Below, one piece after another: positions 12,278-26,661 of a stretch of DNA of 64,000 nt (within the stretch, counting starts at the first letter, position 1; every line of letters starts with the position of its first letter). Under the pieces are notes generated by a model that did not search any database, was not told where the DNA came from, and worked only from the letters and a program-made list of their open reading frames with translations. A program made the position numbers and the translations under genes. Location: NCBI RefSeq assembly GCF_006345805.1, contig NC_042999.1:151776001-151840000 (forward strand). The letters are read 5' to 3'. This stretch comes from Octopus sinensis. Lineage: Eukaryota.

Positions 12278-12977
12278 AATATGAGTGTGTGTGTGTGTGT
12301 GAATGTACTGATATATGCTTATATGTAATGAAATGCTCACACTCATATGCTTTCAGTTTTATTTGCTATTATATGAACATGTTTTTGACTGTAATAATGG
12401 ATAGGACTGTTTACATCCATATAAATTCTCATACATGTAGTTTGAAGAACCAGGTCTCCCATACACTTGTGTGCCAATTTCATGTACTCTTATATATTGA
12501 AAACTTTCTTTATATATGTTCTCTAATTCTATTTAGCCATGATAACCAAGGCCATGCTGGAACACTTTTTATATATACATACATATATATCTTATATATA
12601 TATATATATATATTTACAAATATTATATATATATATATTATATATATATATATATATAATATATATATATATATAATATATATATATTTAAACGAAGAAA
12701 AGAAAATGGAGATTAGGAAGTAATAATAGTTTATTGTTTAATTATAAACAATTATAACTTCCTTATCTTCATTTTCTTTTATTATTTTGAATGGATATTA
12801 ACTATATGCTTAAACATGTTGTTTTAGGTATCTGTGTATATAAATACATACAATACTAGCTGGTACAATACTAGCTATTGTACCAGTAATTCCTTGGATG
12901 CAACCATCCCTTCATGAAGTTAACATATCCTCTAATTAAATTGAATTATATATATGATGATGATGATGATGATGATG

Positions 12978-13011
<34 letters not shown>

Positions 13012-13235
13012 GTGATGGTTTTCATTAAGCTGCGTTGATTTTTACAATTCTGTAAATAATAATAATAGTATTTTTATAAGCTTAAAGCTTATAAGCAATC
13101 ACTGTAAATTGACTAAAGAAAATCGTCTAATAATGGGGCATATAAGCCCTTGATAGAAAAAAGTAGGTTTTCCCGTATGCGTTGGACTTGAACCCACATC
13201 TCTTTGTTCATGACCAATTGTTGTGAATATAATAC

Positions 13236-13311
<76 letters not shown>

Positions 13312-13319
13312 ATAGGGAG

Positions 13320-13357
<38 letters not shown>

Positions 13358-14165
13358 GATGGATAGATAGATAGATAGATGGATTCTAGGTGATCAAATC
13401 AAGTCTAGCACTTATTTGAATCTGGTACTAATTACATTATTGATCTTTATTTAACAAACCGCTCAGTGGCAAGATGGAATGAAACACAATATAAACAATA
13501 GATGCAGATGCACATAAGCGTGTACGCGTACACTCTTGCACATATTGATACTTACACAATGACACATATATATCATTTATATATATATGTATGTATGTAT
13601 GTAATTATAGTTATGCATATATGTGTGTATTTATGTATATATATGTACATATAGTTATGTGTGTATGTGTTTATATATATATATATATATATATATAATA
13701 ATATATATTTATATATGTGTGTGTGTGTGTTGTGTGTGTGTGTGTGTCCTTTACATTGGCCTGTTTCTATTTTCTGCATCAAATTGTCACTTACAGTGTC
13801 TACATAATATAAAATATTTTTATATCACCATCGTCATCGTCATCATCATCATTCATCATTGTCATCACTTTTAAGTACATTTTTTGTCACATTTGCATGT
13901 GTTAGATAGCACTTGTATAAATACATACATACATACATACATACATACATGCATACATATGTACATACGTATACTTATATACATTTATGAATGAATAAGT
14001 GTAAACAAAATAACATATAATATTGCATTTTTTATTTCATACTATTATGCTCTACACCTACCTGCCTACCTATCTATTTATCTCATTTATTTATCTACCT
14101 ATACATCCATCCAGGTTTTTGTCTGTCTTTCTGTCTATCTATCCATCTATCTATCTATCTATCTA

Positions 14166-14212
<47 letters not shown>

Positions 14213-15140
14213 TTCTACCTCTCTATCTATCAATCTATTATTCTTAAGCTGGCCAAAACTTCGAAGTCACTGTCTATAATTTTCTTGTATAAGAATAATA
14301 AGTTTATACTCTACAAAAGTACTGAGCAATCCTTCGGATTAATGTAAAATTGTTTTACAGTTAAGTGAACGTAAAAGCAAACATTAATATCTGTCTGTCT
14401 ATATATCTATCTGTCTGTCAGTCTGTCTGTTTATCTATCCATCCATCTCCTCCTCTCACACTCTCTCTCTGTAATGTGTGTGTGTCTATGTATGTATGCT
14501 TGCATATATGTGTGTATGTATGTCTTTATGTACATATGTACATATATAATTATGTTAGTGACCTCTGCATCTTTCTCTTTCTTCAATATTATGTTTTCTT
14601 GAAGGACTTTACATTTATAAGAAATCAAAATTAATTTGCAAACAAAGTGGGTTCTTATAATTCAATGATTTATAGCTATGACCTCCTTTAGAAAACCGAA
14701 ACATTTTGGAAGAATTAGATATTTTATAACATTTGGTTGAAATCTTATTAATCTCACATTAACAATCTTTTTTATATTGTTTTATTCTATTCTATTCCAG
14801 TAGATTTTTTGTGGGCAGGATTGATATTCTTTAATTTTTCTTCTCTACATCAAATTTTTTCTTTTTCATTCCTTTTTTTCTTCATATATTATTTTTTTGT
14901 CCAAGAAGATAAACTATCGTAATTCTGTATTTTATAGACAGTTGCATGCATGCATGCATATGTGTGTGTGTGTGTGTGTGTGTGTGTACATGTGTATATA
15001 TGTATATATAAATATATATGCATGTGTGTGTGTTTGTATATTTATATACACACACACACTCACACACATACATACACACACACACTGACATGCACACACA
15101 CACACACTGATACACAGATACACACACACACACACTGACA

Positions 15141-15178
<38 letters not shown>

Positions 15179-15376
15179 TATGTGTATACAGATGTGTTTG
15201 TATTTTTGTCTATGTGTATGTATGTATGTATATATGTATGTATGTATGTATGTATATATATATACATACATACATATATATATATATGCAAATATGTGTA
15301 TGAAATATTCATGCTTGAATGGAAAATAAAGCATACAAAATCAACCTAGCTGATTGTGTTTTCACGCTTCATGTTG

Positions 15377-15410
<34 letters not shown>

Positions 15411-15521
15411 TAGTTTCATTTTCTTCCCCTCAAGGTTGAATTTACTTTTTTTTTTCCATGATTTATTTAATTTCATTTTGAATTATTTTATTTGTTTATT
15501 TTTCTTTTAAATGCAACCTAG

Positions 15522-15587
15522 AATTCAATAATTCGATAAAGCCAGACGAATCTTCAGAGGAAAGAGTGGGAAGCAACAGTGGAAATG
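15522..15587 (+). CDS. Candidate 66-bp symmetric phase-1 exon (FNNSIKPDESSEERVGSNSGN)
   Basis: Long T-rich tract ending aacctAG, donor ATG|GTAAAG; the phase-1 frame is open and the phase-0 and phase-2 frames contain stops. Confidence 0.25.
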
Positions 15588-15643
15588 GTAAAGAAAGAAG
15601 AGAGGGGGATCAAGAATGAGAGAGAGAGAATGAGAAAGAGAAT

Positions 15644-15685
<42 letters not shown>

Positions 15686-15773
15686 TACTTATATAAGAAG
15701 AGTGACGGTGGGATTGATATATCATCATCATCATCATCATCATTTGATGATGATAAGGATGATGATATATATA

Positions 15774-15809
<36 letters not shown>

Positions 15810-16488
15810 TATATATGAGAGAGCTAGAGGCGAGAGAGAGAGTGAGAGAGACCAGAGTTGATGGTGAAATAGATTGGTAGAGAGATGGGGAGAATGGCGA
15901 AAAGGGTGAAGATATGTTGATATGTTGTGGGTGATGTTACAATGTGTATTATACAGTTGGGATGATTGATTATTACGCTATTTTGCTGTTCTCAGAGAAT
16001 CTTTACAATGTCTTTATGAATCATCAAAAAAAAAAAAACAAACAAACAAAAGCAAACAACCTTCAGCAACAACAATTACAGCAATGACAATAACAACAAA
16101 AAAAAAGGAGGTTTCATTTGTGTGAAGGTAGAAAATGGAATTAGCCAGCATTAAAATATTTGAGATGTTTCTATATTTCCTTTCACTTTTAATAGTTTTT
16201 TCCTTCTTTTTCTTTAGTATTTGTACCTGTTAATTAATTAGTGGAATGGTAAGCTGTAGAAGACTACAGGTGTTACAGTATTCTAGTTTAGTGCCTTCTG
16301 GGAGTGTTAATCTGTTTTTGGTTGAGTTTGTTTTGTATTGTTCACAGTTTTAGACAATATATGCAACAGGTACAGGTATGGCTGTGTGGTTAAGAAGCTT
16401 GCTTTCCAATCATGTGGTCTTGGTTTCAGTTCCATGATCATGGATTTGGTGGAGAGAAACTGAAAGAAGCCTGTCATGTGTGTGTATG

Positions 16489-16529
<41 letters not shown>

Positions 16530-16532
<3 letters not shown>

Positions 16533-16930
16533 GTTTAACATCTGCTTTCCATGCTAGCATGGGTTGGATGATTTGACTGAGGACTCGCGAACCAGATGGC
16601 TGCACCAGTCTCCAATCTTGATCTGGCAGAGTTTCTACAGCTGGATGCCCTTCCTAACAGCAACCACTCTGAGAGTGTAGTGGGTGCTTTTACGTGCCAG
16701 TCAGGTGGTACTGGCTACGGCCATGCTCAAATGGTGTTTTTTACATGCTACTTGCACAGGAGCCAGTCCAGCAGCACTGGCAACAACCTCACTTGAATGT
16801 TTTTTCACATGCCACCGGCACAAGTGCCAGTAAGGCGACACTGGTAATGATCATGCTCAAATGGTGCTTTTTACGTGCCACCAGCATGGAAGACAGTTAG
16901 CCACTCTGGCAATGATCACGCTCGGATGGT
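16530..16930 (-). mobile_element. Repeat family A copy with (CAT)n tail at 16489-16531
   Basis: Near-identical to 1-470 over the 'accagatggctgcaccagtctccaatcttgat...' segment. Confidence 0.88.
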
Positions 16931-17035
16931 ATATGTGTGTATATAAATGAATGTCATTGCTTGTATGATGGCGACACTCATTTACAACCATCACATGATG
17001 TCAAGACAAGAGTATATGCTAAAAACACAAATGCT

Positions 17036-17645
17036 ATATATGCTGAATGGAGAATGACTTGATGAAGTGGACATCTTCAGGTGCTTAGGATCCACTTTGA
17101 CCAAGGACAGCAGATCTTAAAAACATGTGACAAGACTCAGTTTAGCCTCTTTTGTTATGATGAAGCTGAAGACCATATGGAAAAGAATTTCCATTAGTTT
17201 TCTAACAGCATTCACTGTGTACAAGTCCTTGGTAACTTTGATCCTTCTGCATGGGTGTGAGAGATGGACTCTTACAGCTGACATGGAGTGTGCTTCAGAA
17301 GGCTGTTACACATCCCATACACAGAACACAAAATGAACAGCTTTCTCAGGCAGCAAATCTACAAATATGCTGGTGGATGGAAACCACTCCTTGTACAGGT
17401 AAAAAGATGAAAGCTTGCCTTGTGTGGTCATATATCTTGCCATGACTCCCTGTCCAAAGCCATTCTTCAGAACACAGTTGAAGAAGGGCAAAAGAGAGGC
17501 AGACAGAGAAAAGTCCTGATTTGACAACATCAAAGACTGGACAGGTGACAACGTTGCCACTGAGAACAAAGACCAGTGGCAATGGCTGACCATGAAAGCA
17601 TCTTGTGGGGCACTCCAATGACTGGCTGCATTAATTAGGAGATCT
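17036..17645 (+). mobile_element. RTE-clade (BovB-like) LINE 3' remnant
   Basis: LDEVDIFRCLGSTLTKD, KLKTIWKRISIS, YKSLVTLILLHGCERWTL, KLALCGHISCHDSLSKAILQNTVEEGQKRGRQRK match the RTE RT C-terminal pattern; (GAT)n end. Confidence 0.88.
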
Positions 17646-18878
17646 TGATGATGATATATATGAGATAGGCTTCTTTCAGTTTCCATCTACCAAATCTACT
17701 CACAAATCTTTGGTGAGCCAAAGGGCTGTAGTAGAAATCACTCACCCAAGGTGCCTAGCAGTGAGATTGAACCTGAAACCACATGGTTGATAAGCAAGCT
17801 TCTCAACCACACACTTATGCCTGCACCTGTAAAATACACCATTTGAAGGGCTTTGATTTGACAGAATAGTAGAGCCCTGTTTATGATATTTAATCTTGTC
17901 TCTACGTGTTCAAATGTAAAGTAAACTTTATATTTCATCTTGCTAGTTTTTACAGAACAATACCACTATTGTACTAAGGTCAGTTTAATCTAGTCCAGAT
18001 CCTCCCTTTAGAAGGGTTGAGGAGTTTGCTGTAGAAATGCTACAATTTGCTGCTTGGTAATTCCTGTTTTCTGATTTCATAACCATCGATATGTCCTGGT
18101 GGCGCTATTGTCTGAACCCTCGTTGCCACTGATATATCCCATGATAACAGTGTATTTTGTCGTCTCTATGGGACTAGTCTGAACAGCATACCTTCACCAA
18201 CCGACCCTACTGACTGCGTCAGTCCACTATTTATTAGTAGTGGACCAGCTCACTTCTTGCTTGGGGACATCTGCCACAACAACCTTCTAGAGTTACCTTT
18301 GTTTTTCAACATCCTATAATCAATATATGTACTATCCTAAGGCATGGGTACACTGGGCAGCTGCCTGAGGGCCTCACAGCTCAGGGGACCCAATTATGTT
18401 TGCTGTCAATAAATAAATACTATAGTGAGCCAGTGCAATGATTTGCCCTGGGGCCTATAATGCTGTTAAGATGGTCCTGGTCAATATTATAAATTTAGTG
18501 AAGGATAAAAATATTTTTTCACTATTCACCATGATCTAAAGTATCAGGAATCAATTCTGGATTTTGTAACTTGAAATAAATGGCAAGTGATATGTTAGTC
18601 TGTTGGTGCTAAGGAAAGACTGGTGATGGTGTTCGCTCATTATAACCAGGTGAAGGAAGTATCATTGTTATCATGGAATCATGTTCATTGACTGTTTACA
18701 CATCCTGTTTTATACAAATCAGTGTTGTGTCTAGGTAAAAATAATCCATACATGTTGCTTCGTGAATAAATGGATATACATACATACACATATATGCACA
18801 TATATACATGCATACATTTTATCATCATCATCATCATCATCATTTAGCGTCCGTTTTCCATGCTAGCATTTATATATG

Positions 18879-18912
<34 letters not shown>

Positions 18913-19140
18913 TGCATATATGTGTACAGGTGTGTGCTTAGCAATGAGAGGTAAATGTATCATAGTATTATGTGGGTCTCTTGTCATTGATTATATGATC
19001 TAACTGTTCATTCTCCTTTGTTCATTACTCATACTTTCTTTTGTCTGTTTCTAAATCACCTGTTTACATGACGAAACACAAACACACTCATTTTGATGAA
19101 TTATATATCTATATCTAAATATCTGTTGATCCGCCTACGC

Positions 19141-19165
19141 ATATATATATTATATATATATATAG

Positions 19166-19198
<33 letters not shown>

Positions 19199-19216
19199 TA
19201 TATATATATTATATAT

Positions 19217-19250
<34 letters not shown>

Positions 19251-19865
19251 ATATCTATATGTATATATATGTTATATGTATATATATATATATATATATC
19301 TATATGTATATATATTATATATTATATATATATGTATATGTATATGTATATATATATATATATGATATATATATATATATGATATATATATATATTATAT
19401 ATATTATATATATGTATATTATTATAATATGTATATATATATATATGTTATATATATATATATGTATATATATATTATATATATATATTATATATATATA
19501 TATTATATATATATGTATTATATATATATCTATATATATATGTATATATATATATGTATATATGTATATTATATATATATGTATATATATGTATATGTAT
19601 ATGTATATATGTATATATATGTATATATATATATATATATTGTATATATATATATATGTATATATATATGTATATATATATATATGTATATATATATGTA
19701 TATATATTATAGTATATATATATGTATATATATATTATGTATATATATATGTATATATATATATGTATATTATATATGTATATATGGATATGTATATATA
19801 TATATGTATATATGGATATGTATATATATGTATATATATGTATATATGGATATGTATATATATGT

Positions 19866-19896
<31 letters not shown>

Positions 19897-19978
19897 GTAT
19901 ATATATGTTTATGTATATATATATATGTATATATATATATGTATATATATATGTATATATATGTGTGTATATATATAT
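19141..19978. repeat. ~840-bp degenerate (TA)n/(TATG)n array
   Basis: Direct reading; source of the 356-aa and 282-aa YI-repeat ORFs. Confidence 0.97.
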
Positions 19979-20913
19979 GTGTGTGTGTGTTTGTGTGTAG
20001 GTATATGCACACACGTGCATATATACGTGGGTGTGTTATGCACATGTGTAGGGTGGGGAGGGTATATACATATACACATATACACACTTATATACACGTT
20101 TTACTTAGTAAGCATCTATCACCTATCATTATCTGTTATGAACTATTTTGTAGTATACTCACGCGTATGCAAATACACACATATGTGCATGCACACACAC
20201 TTATACATGCATGCACATACACATGCATACACAAACACACACACACACACACACACACACTTAAAATTAATGAGTGACAGAGAAACAGTCTGACAGTTCT
20301 CTATCCAGGAATTAAAAGTATATATTCCTATATATTATTGGTGAAGCAGTAAGATCTAAGAAGAATTATTTAGACTATTTATATCTTCATGTTTCATACG
20401 TGCAGTGTATGATTCAATTATTGTGCATTCTTTGTCAGTGCGGATACAGGGGAACTCCTATCAGCATCAGCAATACCACTCCTACTACCGCCACTACTGC
20501 CACATCCACAATTGAAGACTAATCTTTTATTGACAGCTTAACTCTCTATGGTCTGTTCTATCTGATCTCAAACCTTTTTCTGCCTACTTGATCACCATAT
20601 ATTTTCCACTACACTGATAACATTTCTTTACCAGTAATCATTATTATTTCAGATTATGTGCTCATTATGGAAAACCTTTCTCTATTCCATTCATTGACTT
20701 ATATCCTATTCTTGGTGCTTCCTTTTTTTTCCCCTCCCAATCGCTTTTACTGCTTTCCTATCTGACTGTGAACCTAATGTTCCACACATATCAGATCATA
20801 CCAACATGTTTTTTGGAGATATTTTCATTTTTATCATATAGTCAGGAGGGAAGATAGCAGGTTTTCAAGGATAGGGTTTTCAAGACTAGTGGAAGGAAAG
20901 AAGTTATCTTTAA

Positions 20914-21112
20914 CCCTTTAGTATTAAAACTGGCCATATCCGACCCAAATATTCTACCTGTTCTATGTTCAAACTGACCAGATCTGGTCTTGCACACCTC
21001 CCCTACAATGTCATTCTAAAAATAACTATCACATCATTGAAATCTCAAAGCCACAAGATAATGCATGATTAATTCAAAATAATGTGGACAAAGTAACTGA
21101 AATGCTAAAGGG
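20914..21112. mobile_element. piggyBac-type MITE
   Basis: TTAA on both sides (20910-13, 21113-16) and TIRs CCCTTTAGTATT / AATGCTAAAGGG. Confidence 0.8.
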
Positions 21113-21281
21113 TTAAATTGAAAATCTATCCAAAATGTTTACAACAGAGTGTACTCTGCTAAAAGTACCCAAGGTGGAGATGTTAAACTGACAAACAGTC
21201 TACCATCCAAGTAGACTATGGCAAAATTTGAACTCGGAAGACAAAGGACTGGAAAAATTATCCCAAGGTATATTTATTGGT

Positions 21282-21495
21282 TTCAAATTTTGGCACAAGA
21301 TCAGCAAGCTCGGGGAAGGGAAAGTTAATTTCATCGACCCCAGTGTTCAAATTTTTTATTGACTCCCACCCACCAAAGGATGAAAGGCAAAGTTGACCTT
21401 GGCAGGATTTGAATCGAGAACTTAAAGACAAACAAAAAAGTGCTAAACATTTTGCCTGACATACTGACAATTCTGCCAGCTCACTGCCCTACAAA
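21282..21495 (-). mobile_element. SINE family D (tRNA-derived) with 14-bp TSD
   Basis: Reverse of the 'gagctggcagaa...gttcaaat...gcctttcatcc' consensus; TSD gtatatttattggt at 21268-21281 and 21496-21509. Confidence 0.85.
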
Positions 21496-21571
21496 GTATA
21501 TTTATTGGTACCAGTTCTTAATTGACCCCAAAAGGAAAAAAATGTGAAGCTGGCTTTGGAATATCCTATCA

Positions 21572-21825
21572 TAATGGTTCTCAACCATTTCCTGTCTATA
21601 GACCCCATTGATTCCTGTTTTACTCTGCTGAACCCTAATAAACATTCAATGTTTGAAAATATCCCATTATATTCTTATAACTGAATATTGTCAGGAATCA
21701 TATAAAAACAAATTTTAATATTTCGTGTATTGTAGAAGTACAACCAATTTATTTCACATAAATTTTAACAGCAAAATCTGATGTGGACACCCAAGGGTCA
21801 TATGGCCTCCAGTTGAAAACCACTA
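21572..21825. mobile_element. hAT (Charlie-like) MITE remnant
   Basis: Degenerate TIRs 'tggttctcaacc' ... 'gttgaaaaccact', resembling CAGTGGTTCTCAAC. Confidence 0.6.
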
Positions 21826-21980
21826 CACTGGCATGTTGTTTCTGTTCAGGGTTCATAACTTACAATCTTATAACTTAATATGTACCTCATCTGTTAGCAC
21901 TTGGATGTAGTTAAAATTCATTTACACCAGCTATGGTTTCCTAAACGTTTTTGTTCATTCTGTACCTGCTTTACTGTATG

Positions 21981-22013
<33 letters not shown>

Positions 22014-22023
22014 GGCACTGGCA

Positions 22024-22290
22024 CACGGGTTCAAGTTGATATGATCAATGGAACAAACTGTTTGTGGAATTAACGTGCAAGTGGCTGAGTACTCCACAGA
22101 CATGCATAACCTTAACAAATACACAGAGGTTCAGCGTGACACAGATTGTAACAAAGCTGGCCCTTTGAACAACAAATACTACTCATTTGGACAGAAGCAA
22201 TGTGAAATAAAGTGTCTTGCTCAAGGACACAACACTTCACCTGGAATTGAACTCACAACCTTATGATCAGGAGTTAATTACCCTAACCAC
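22024..22290 (-). mobile_element. SINE family E (tRNA-derived, CORE-like 'gtgtccttgagcaagacacttt')
   Basis: Reverse strand reads tagtggttagggta...gagttcaattcc...tgtccttgagcaagacac; a related copy is on the plus strand at ~40605-40890. Confidence 0.75.
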
Positions 22291-23385
22291 TAATCCGTGT
22301 GTCTTCACAGGTTCTGCTTTCATCACCTAACTGACTCTCCCATATAACAAAATCACTGATAACTGAACTCATCCTCAGAGCCACAACCATGTATTATTCA
22401 GTCTGATTTGGGTGATCAATTTGTTTCTCAGCAAAGGTCATGGATCAACATATTATCTGAAAAACATGGACTGATATTGTGACTGAATTGATATGACTAA
22501 ATAAAGGATCAGTGATTCATATTTTAACAAAGTATAAAATTCCAAACACCATGTCTCTAAAAGATTGTAGTCAATCAATCAATTGAATTGATGCTGCTGC
22601 ACAATATAAAGTTCCACTCTGGTGGGATTTGAACCTTGAATTTACGATATAAAACTGATTATTGTAAGGCATTTAGTTGAGCATGTTACCAGCTCTGCTA
22701 CCCCCACTGCCTTCATCAACACCACAGAGTGTCACGATGACTTAACTGATATTAACTTTTAATAACTCTCTTATCATATACATAAGAGCATAATAATAAA
22801 ATCTCTCTCTCTCCCTTTTCCACTCCTCATATCATATACTTAATCATTAGGAAGCCAAATAAATAAATAAAAGGCCCAGACTCTAAAATAGAAACAAATA
22901 ATGAGATTCTTAAAACACGAATAACAAAATCTATGATCAACAGGTTAGTTTTTACGCCTTTACGCCTTCATCCTCGCCGCCAAACCGAAGGCAATATACT
23001 CACATTTAGACAGTTGCACTTCACCTCTGTCTCTTGATGGTGGTAATTTATATCCTAGGAGACTTTGCTTCATCTCCATTCTTAATGTGTCATTAATTCC
23101 CTAAAATCATTAAAGTTAGCCTGTCCAACCAGCTTCCAATTGTAACATTGCAAATTTCATTTGTTTGCTTCTTTGTCTTTTTTTACATGTTGTTGCTCTT
23201 CTTATATTTTATCTCCAACTGAAATGCCAAGAATTTAATATGCTTTATTACTGTATTAATTGCTTTAAGACTTGTATGATACACACATATATCGTTATAA
23301 ACATTGACTGATAGCTACATAAACACACACTCACACATGTATACATACATGCTTATGTATGTGTATATATACATATACATATACA

Positions 23386-23419
<34 letters not shown>

Positions 23420-23448
23420 GTGTGTAAATATATGTATGTCTATGTATG

Positions 23449-23490
<42 letters not shown>

Positions 23491-24893
23491 CACACATATG
23501 CATATATATATATATATGTGTGTGTGCATCTGCATGTGTGTATATATGTAAATATATATATATATGTATATATGTGTGTGTATGTATGTATATTAAATGC
23601 AGATGCATACAGATGTATAAATATGTAGGCATAAAGATAGCTAAAAGAGAAATATATCACTATTTCAAACTCTGGTGCCATTCATATGCTTTCACAAATA
23701 TCTATTTTTGTTGGCATTATCATTCCTTGTTGGCTATATTTGGTTTTAAAGGTTTTTTCCGAAGTTGCTCATAAATACATACATGTGTGTGTGTGTGTGC
23801 ATACATGCATGTCCATGTGTGCATATTATATATACATGTATTTATAGGGAAGAGAGAGAAAAATGAGAAGAGGAGAAGTAAATAATGAGCGTGGGGGAGC
23901 CAGTTAAAGCGAGGTTTGGTAAAGCAAAATGAAGAAATATTACTCAATACTTGAATATATATACTTTACGTATTTATCAGACTTTATAAGTGCCATGCAT
24001 GAGACTCTTGACCCTTGGGTTGCATTTGTAACGTTCTGAGTATTAAAAAATTAAGAAAAATAAATATATAATAATTTCATTAATTTTGGATTGCAATTCA
24101 AAACCTGTTAACGTGTATTTTCGAAATATTCATTTCAATGATATTTTCGAAATGTTAATATATTAATACAACAGCAACAGTTGTTCGTCTTTTCATAAGG
24201 TGAATTCTGAAGTTACAGATGTGACTTCCTTCATAAGTATTTTTGTTGTGTAATACTCAGAATTTCTCCAATTTCTTCTAAATGATATTTGAATCTATAT
24301 GTCATGCATGAGGAATAACACTGGCTGTTTATTCTACTGGCATTTATTGGTGTCTGGTTATTGGATGTAGTTAACTAAATTCACTTCAAACTGAGTGCTT
24401 TATTGATATCTGCCTGGATATTTTAATCCCGTTTTTCTCCCTTCTTACTATATCTATATATCTGTCTGTCTATCTGTCTGTCTGTCTCTTTATGTATGTA
24501 TTTATCTGTCTGTCTGTCTCTTTATGCATGTATTTATCTGTCTGTCTGTCTGTCTATGTATGTATGTATGTATGTATCTATCTATCTATCTAATTATCTA
24601 TGCATATGTATATATTCATATATATATGTGTGTGTGTATTTATATATGTTGGCGTTAGGAAGGGCATCCAGCCATAGAAACATTGCCAGATCAGACTGGG
24701 CCTGGTGCAGCCTTCTGGCTTCCCAGACCCCAGTTGAACCATCCAACCCATGCTAGCATGGAAAGCGGACGCTAAACGATGATGATGATGATGATATATA
24801 TATATATGCATATATTCATATGTATACTTTTGTGTGCACATGTGTATATGTATGTATACACACACACACATGCACACATACACACACACACGT

Positions 24894-24933
<40 letters not shown>

Positions 24934-25427
24934 GTATGCATGTGTAATCCCCAATTTATGTCCCAATTCCCAAGCTGGCACAAGTCGATCACATCATCAT
25001 TGTTTGGCCAATTCATAATTTCTTATTTGAAATTATTTCCCTTCAAGACATGTTGAAGGACTACATTTGATACATTCCATCTTTAACATAATTTCTAGGG
25101 CTGGATGCCTTTTCTAAACCAACCAATATATAGAGTGTGCTTGGAACTTTTTGGCATGGCACCATCATGAGATAATTTGTCCTGCACTCAGCCATATGGC
25201 TGGCATTGTTATGGGAAGGAATTTATTGCTTGTTATAAACATGGCAGCTTTTGCTTATATTCTGTCAAATTCCTATCAATACTTCCCAAACTGTGATGGT
25301 TTTTGTCAGGATTCATGGCATACCAGTGCTTGATTCCACTTATTAACCACTAAACAATAACCATAAATTTTTATTGATGCAATTCATCATCATCATCGTC
25401 ATTTAACATCTGATTATAATCTATTTA

Positions 25428-26620
25428 CAAAAGTAAATAGACACCCTTATAATCATTAAATTTATTTAAATTTGAAATTATACATTCAAATTATTTATTA
25501 ATAGTTATAATGTGAATATTTAATATTTAGTAGACATGCCTTTGCATTTTTCAATGCAAGGACCCTATTAGGCATGTTACTAATTAGACGACAAATATTC
25601 TCTTGCGGAATTTCTTGCTAATCTCAAAAGATCTGGCTTTGAAGATGCTTTCTTGTTCTTTTTATGGAGTGTCTTGTCCATTATGTCCCAGAGGTGTTCA
25701 ATAGAGTTCATATCTGGTGATTGGCTTGCCCATGGGAGCTCTTTAATGCTATTCTCATCCAACAAATCTTGGGTCATTTTGGCCGTGTGACAAGGAGCCC
25801 TATCTTCCGTAAATAGTCTTTTTTAATCATTTCACTGCTGTAGATTGGAAGGAGTGCTTTCTGCAGTTTATGTTTCCTTCACACTCTACCATCTTTGATC
25901 AACCATTGCTTCAAATTGCTCCCCAGACCATCACAAAATAGCTGCCATGTTTCATTGTTGGTTGCAATCTTTTCACATCAAATTCTTGATCACAGAGTTT
26001 CCAGACCCACACTCAAACACTGTCAGGAAATACAGACTCATTAGAGAATATGACAGTGTCTCAAAATGCTAGTGGCCTCTCCACCATCTCACTGGCCCAA
26101 TCTTTTCTCCACTTGATGTTGGCTGGTTGAAGAAGTGGCTTACTTCTTGCTGCTCTTCCATAGTAACCAAGTTTGTGGAGATACCTGATAGCTGTTCTAG
26201 GACTGACATCAGTTTGTTCTGCTATGTCAGAGGCCTTGCAATGAAGATTACCCTCCACATTTCTCTTAATAAAGTGAAGGGTCCTGTCAGAGGGCCCTGG
26301 TTGATCTGGGTGAGGCAATGTAGACTCCTTCCCCTCTCAGGTGAATTGCACAATCACTCTATTAACTGTAGGAAGTGGGATCCCAAGGTTTCCTGCAATT
26401 TTATTCTGCCTATGTCCACCTTCTGAACGACACACAATATGGCCTCTTTGAAATTCAGACAGTTCCAAGGCTTCTTTTGTACATAGCATGATTAAATAGC
26501 ATGATTAACATATAAAACCTGAAACATAAAAATGTCAATTAATAAAAGATATAAACCTTTACAAATTAGAATAAACATAAAACAATGTTTTATGGGGTGT
26601 CTATTTACTTCTGTCATGTG

Positions 26621-26622
<2 letters not shown>
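25428..26622 (-). mobile_element. Near-full-length decayed Tc1 (DD34E) DNA transposon
   Basis: TIRs caaaagtaaatagacaccc (25428-46) and gggtgtctatttacttctg (26595-613). Minus-strand peptides: IRYLHKLGYYGRAARSKPLL, EDRAPCHTAK, LPWASQSPDMNSIEHLWDIMDK. Stops and frameshifts present. Confidence 0.92.

Positions 26623-26661
<39 letters not shown>

Noticed and set aside
23004-23054. 51-bp minus-strand exon-like segment (ctcctAG ... AT|GTGAGT), open in two frames
   Set aside because: No compatible neighbouring exons or recognisable domain; such signals are frequent by chance.
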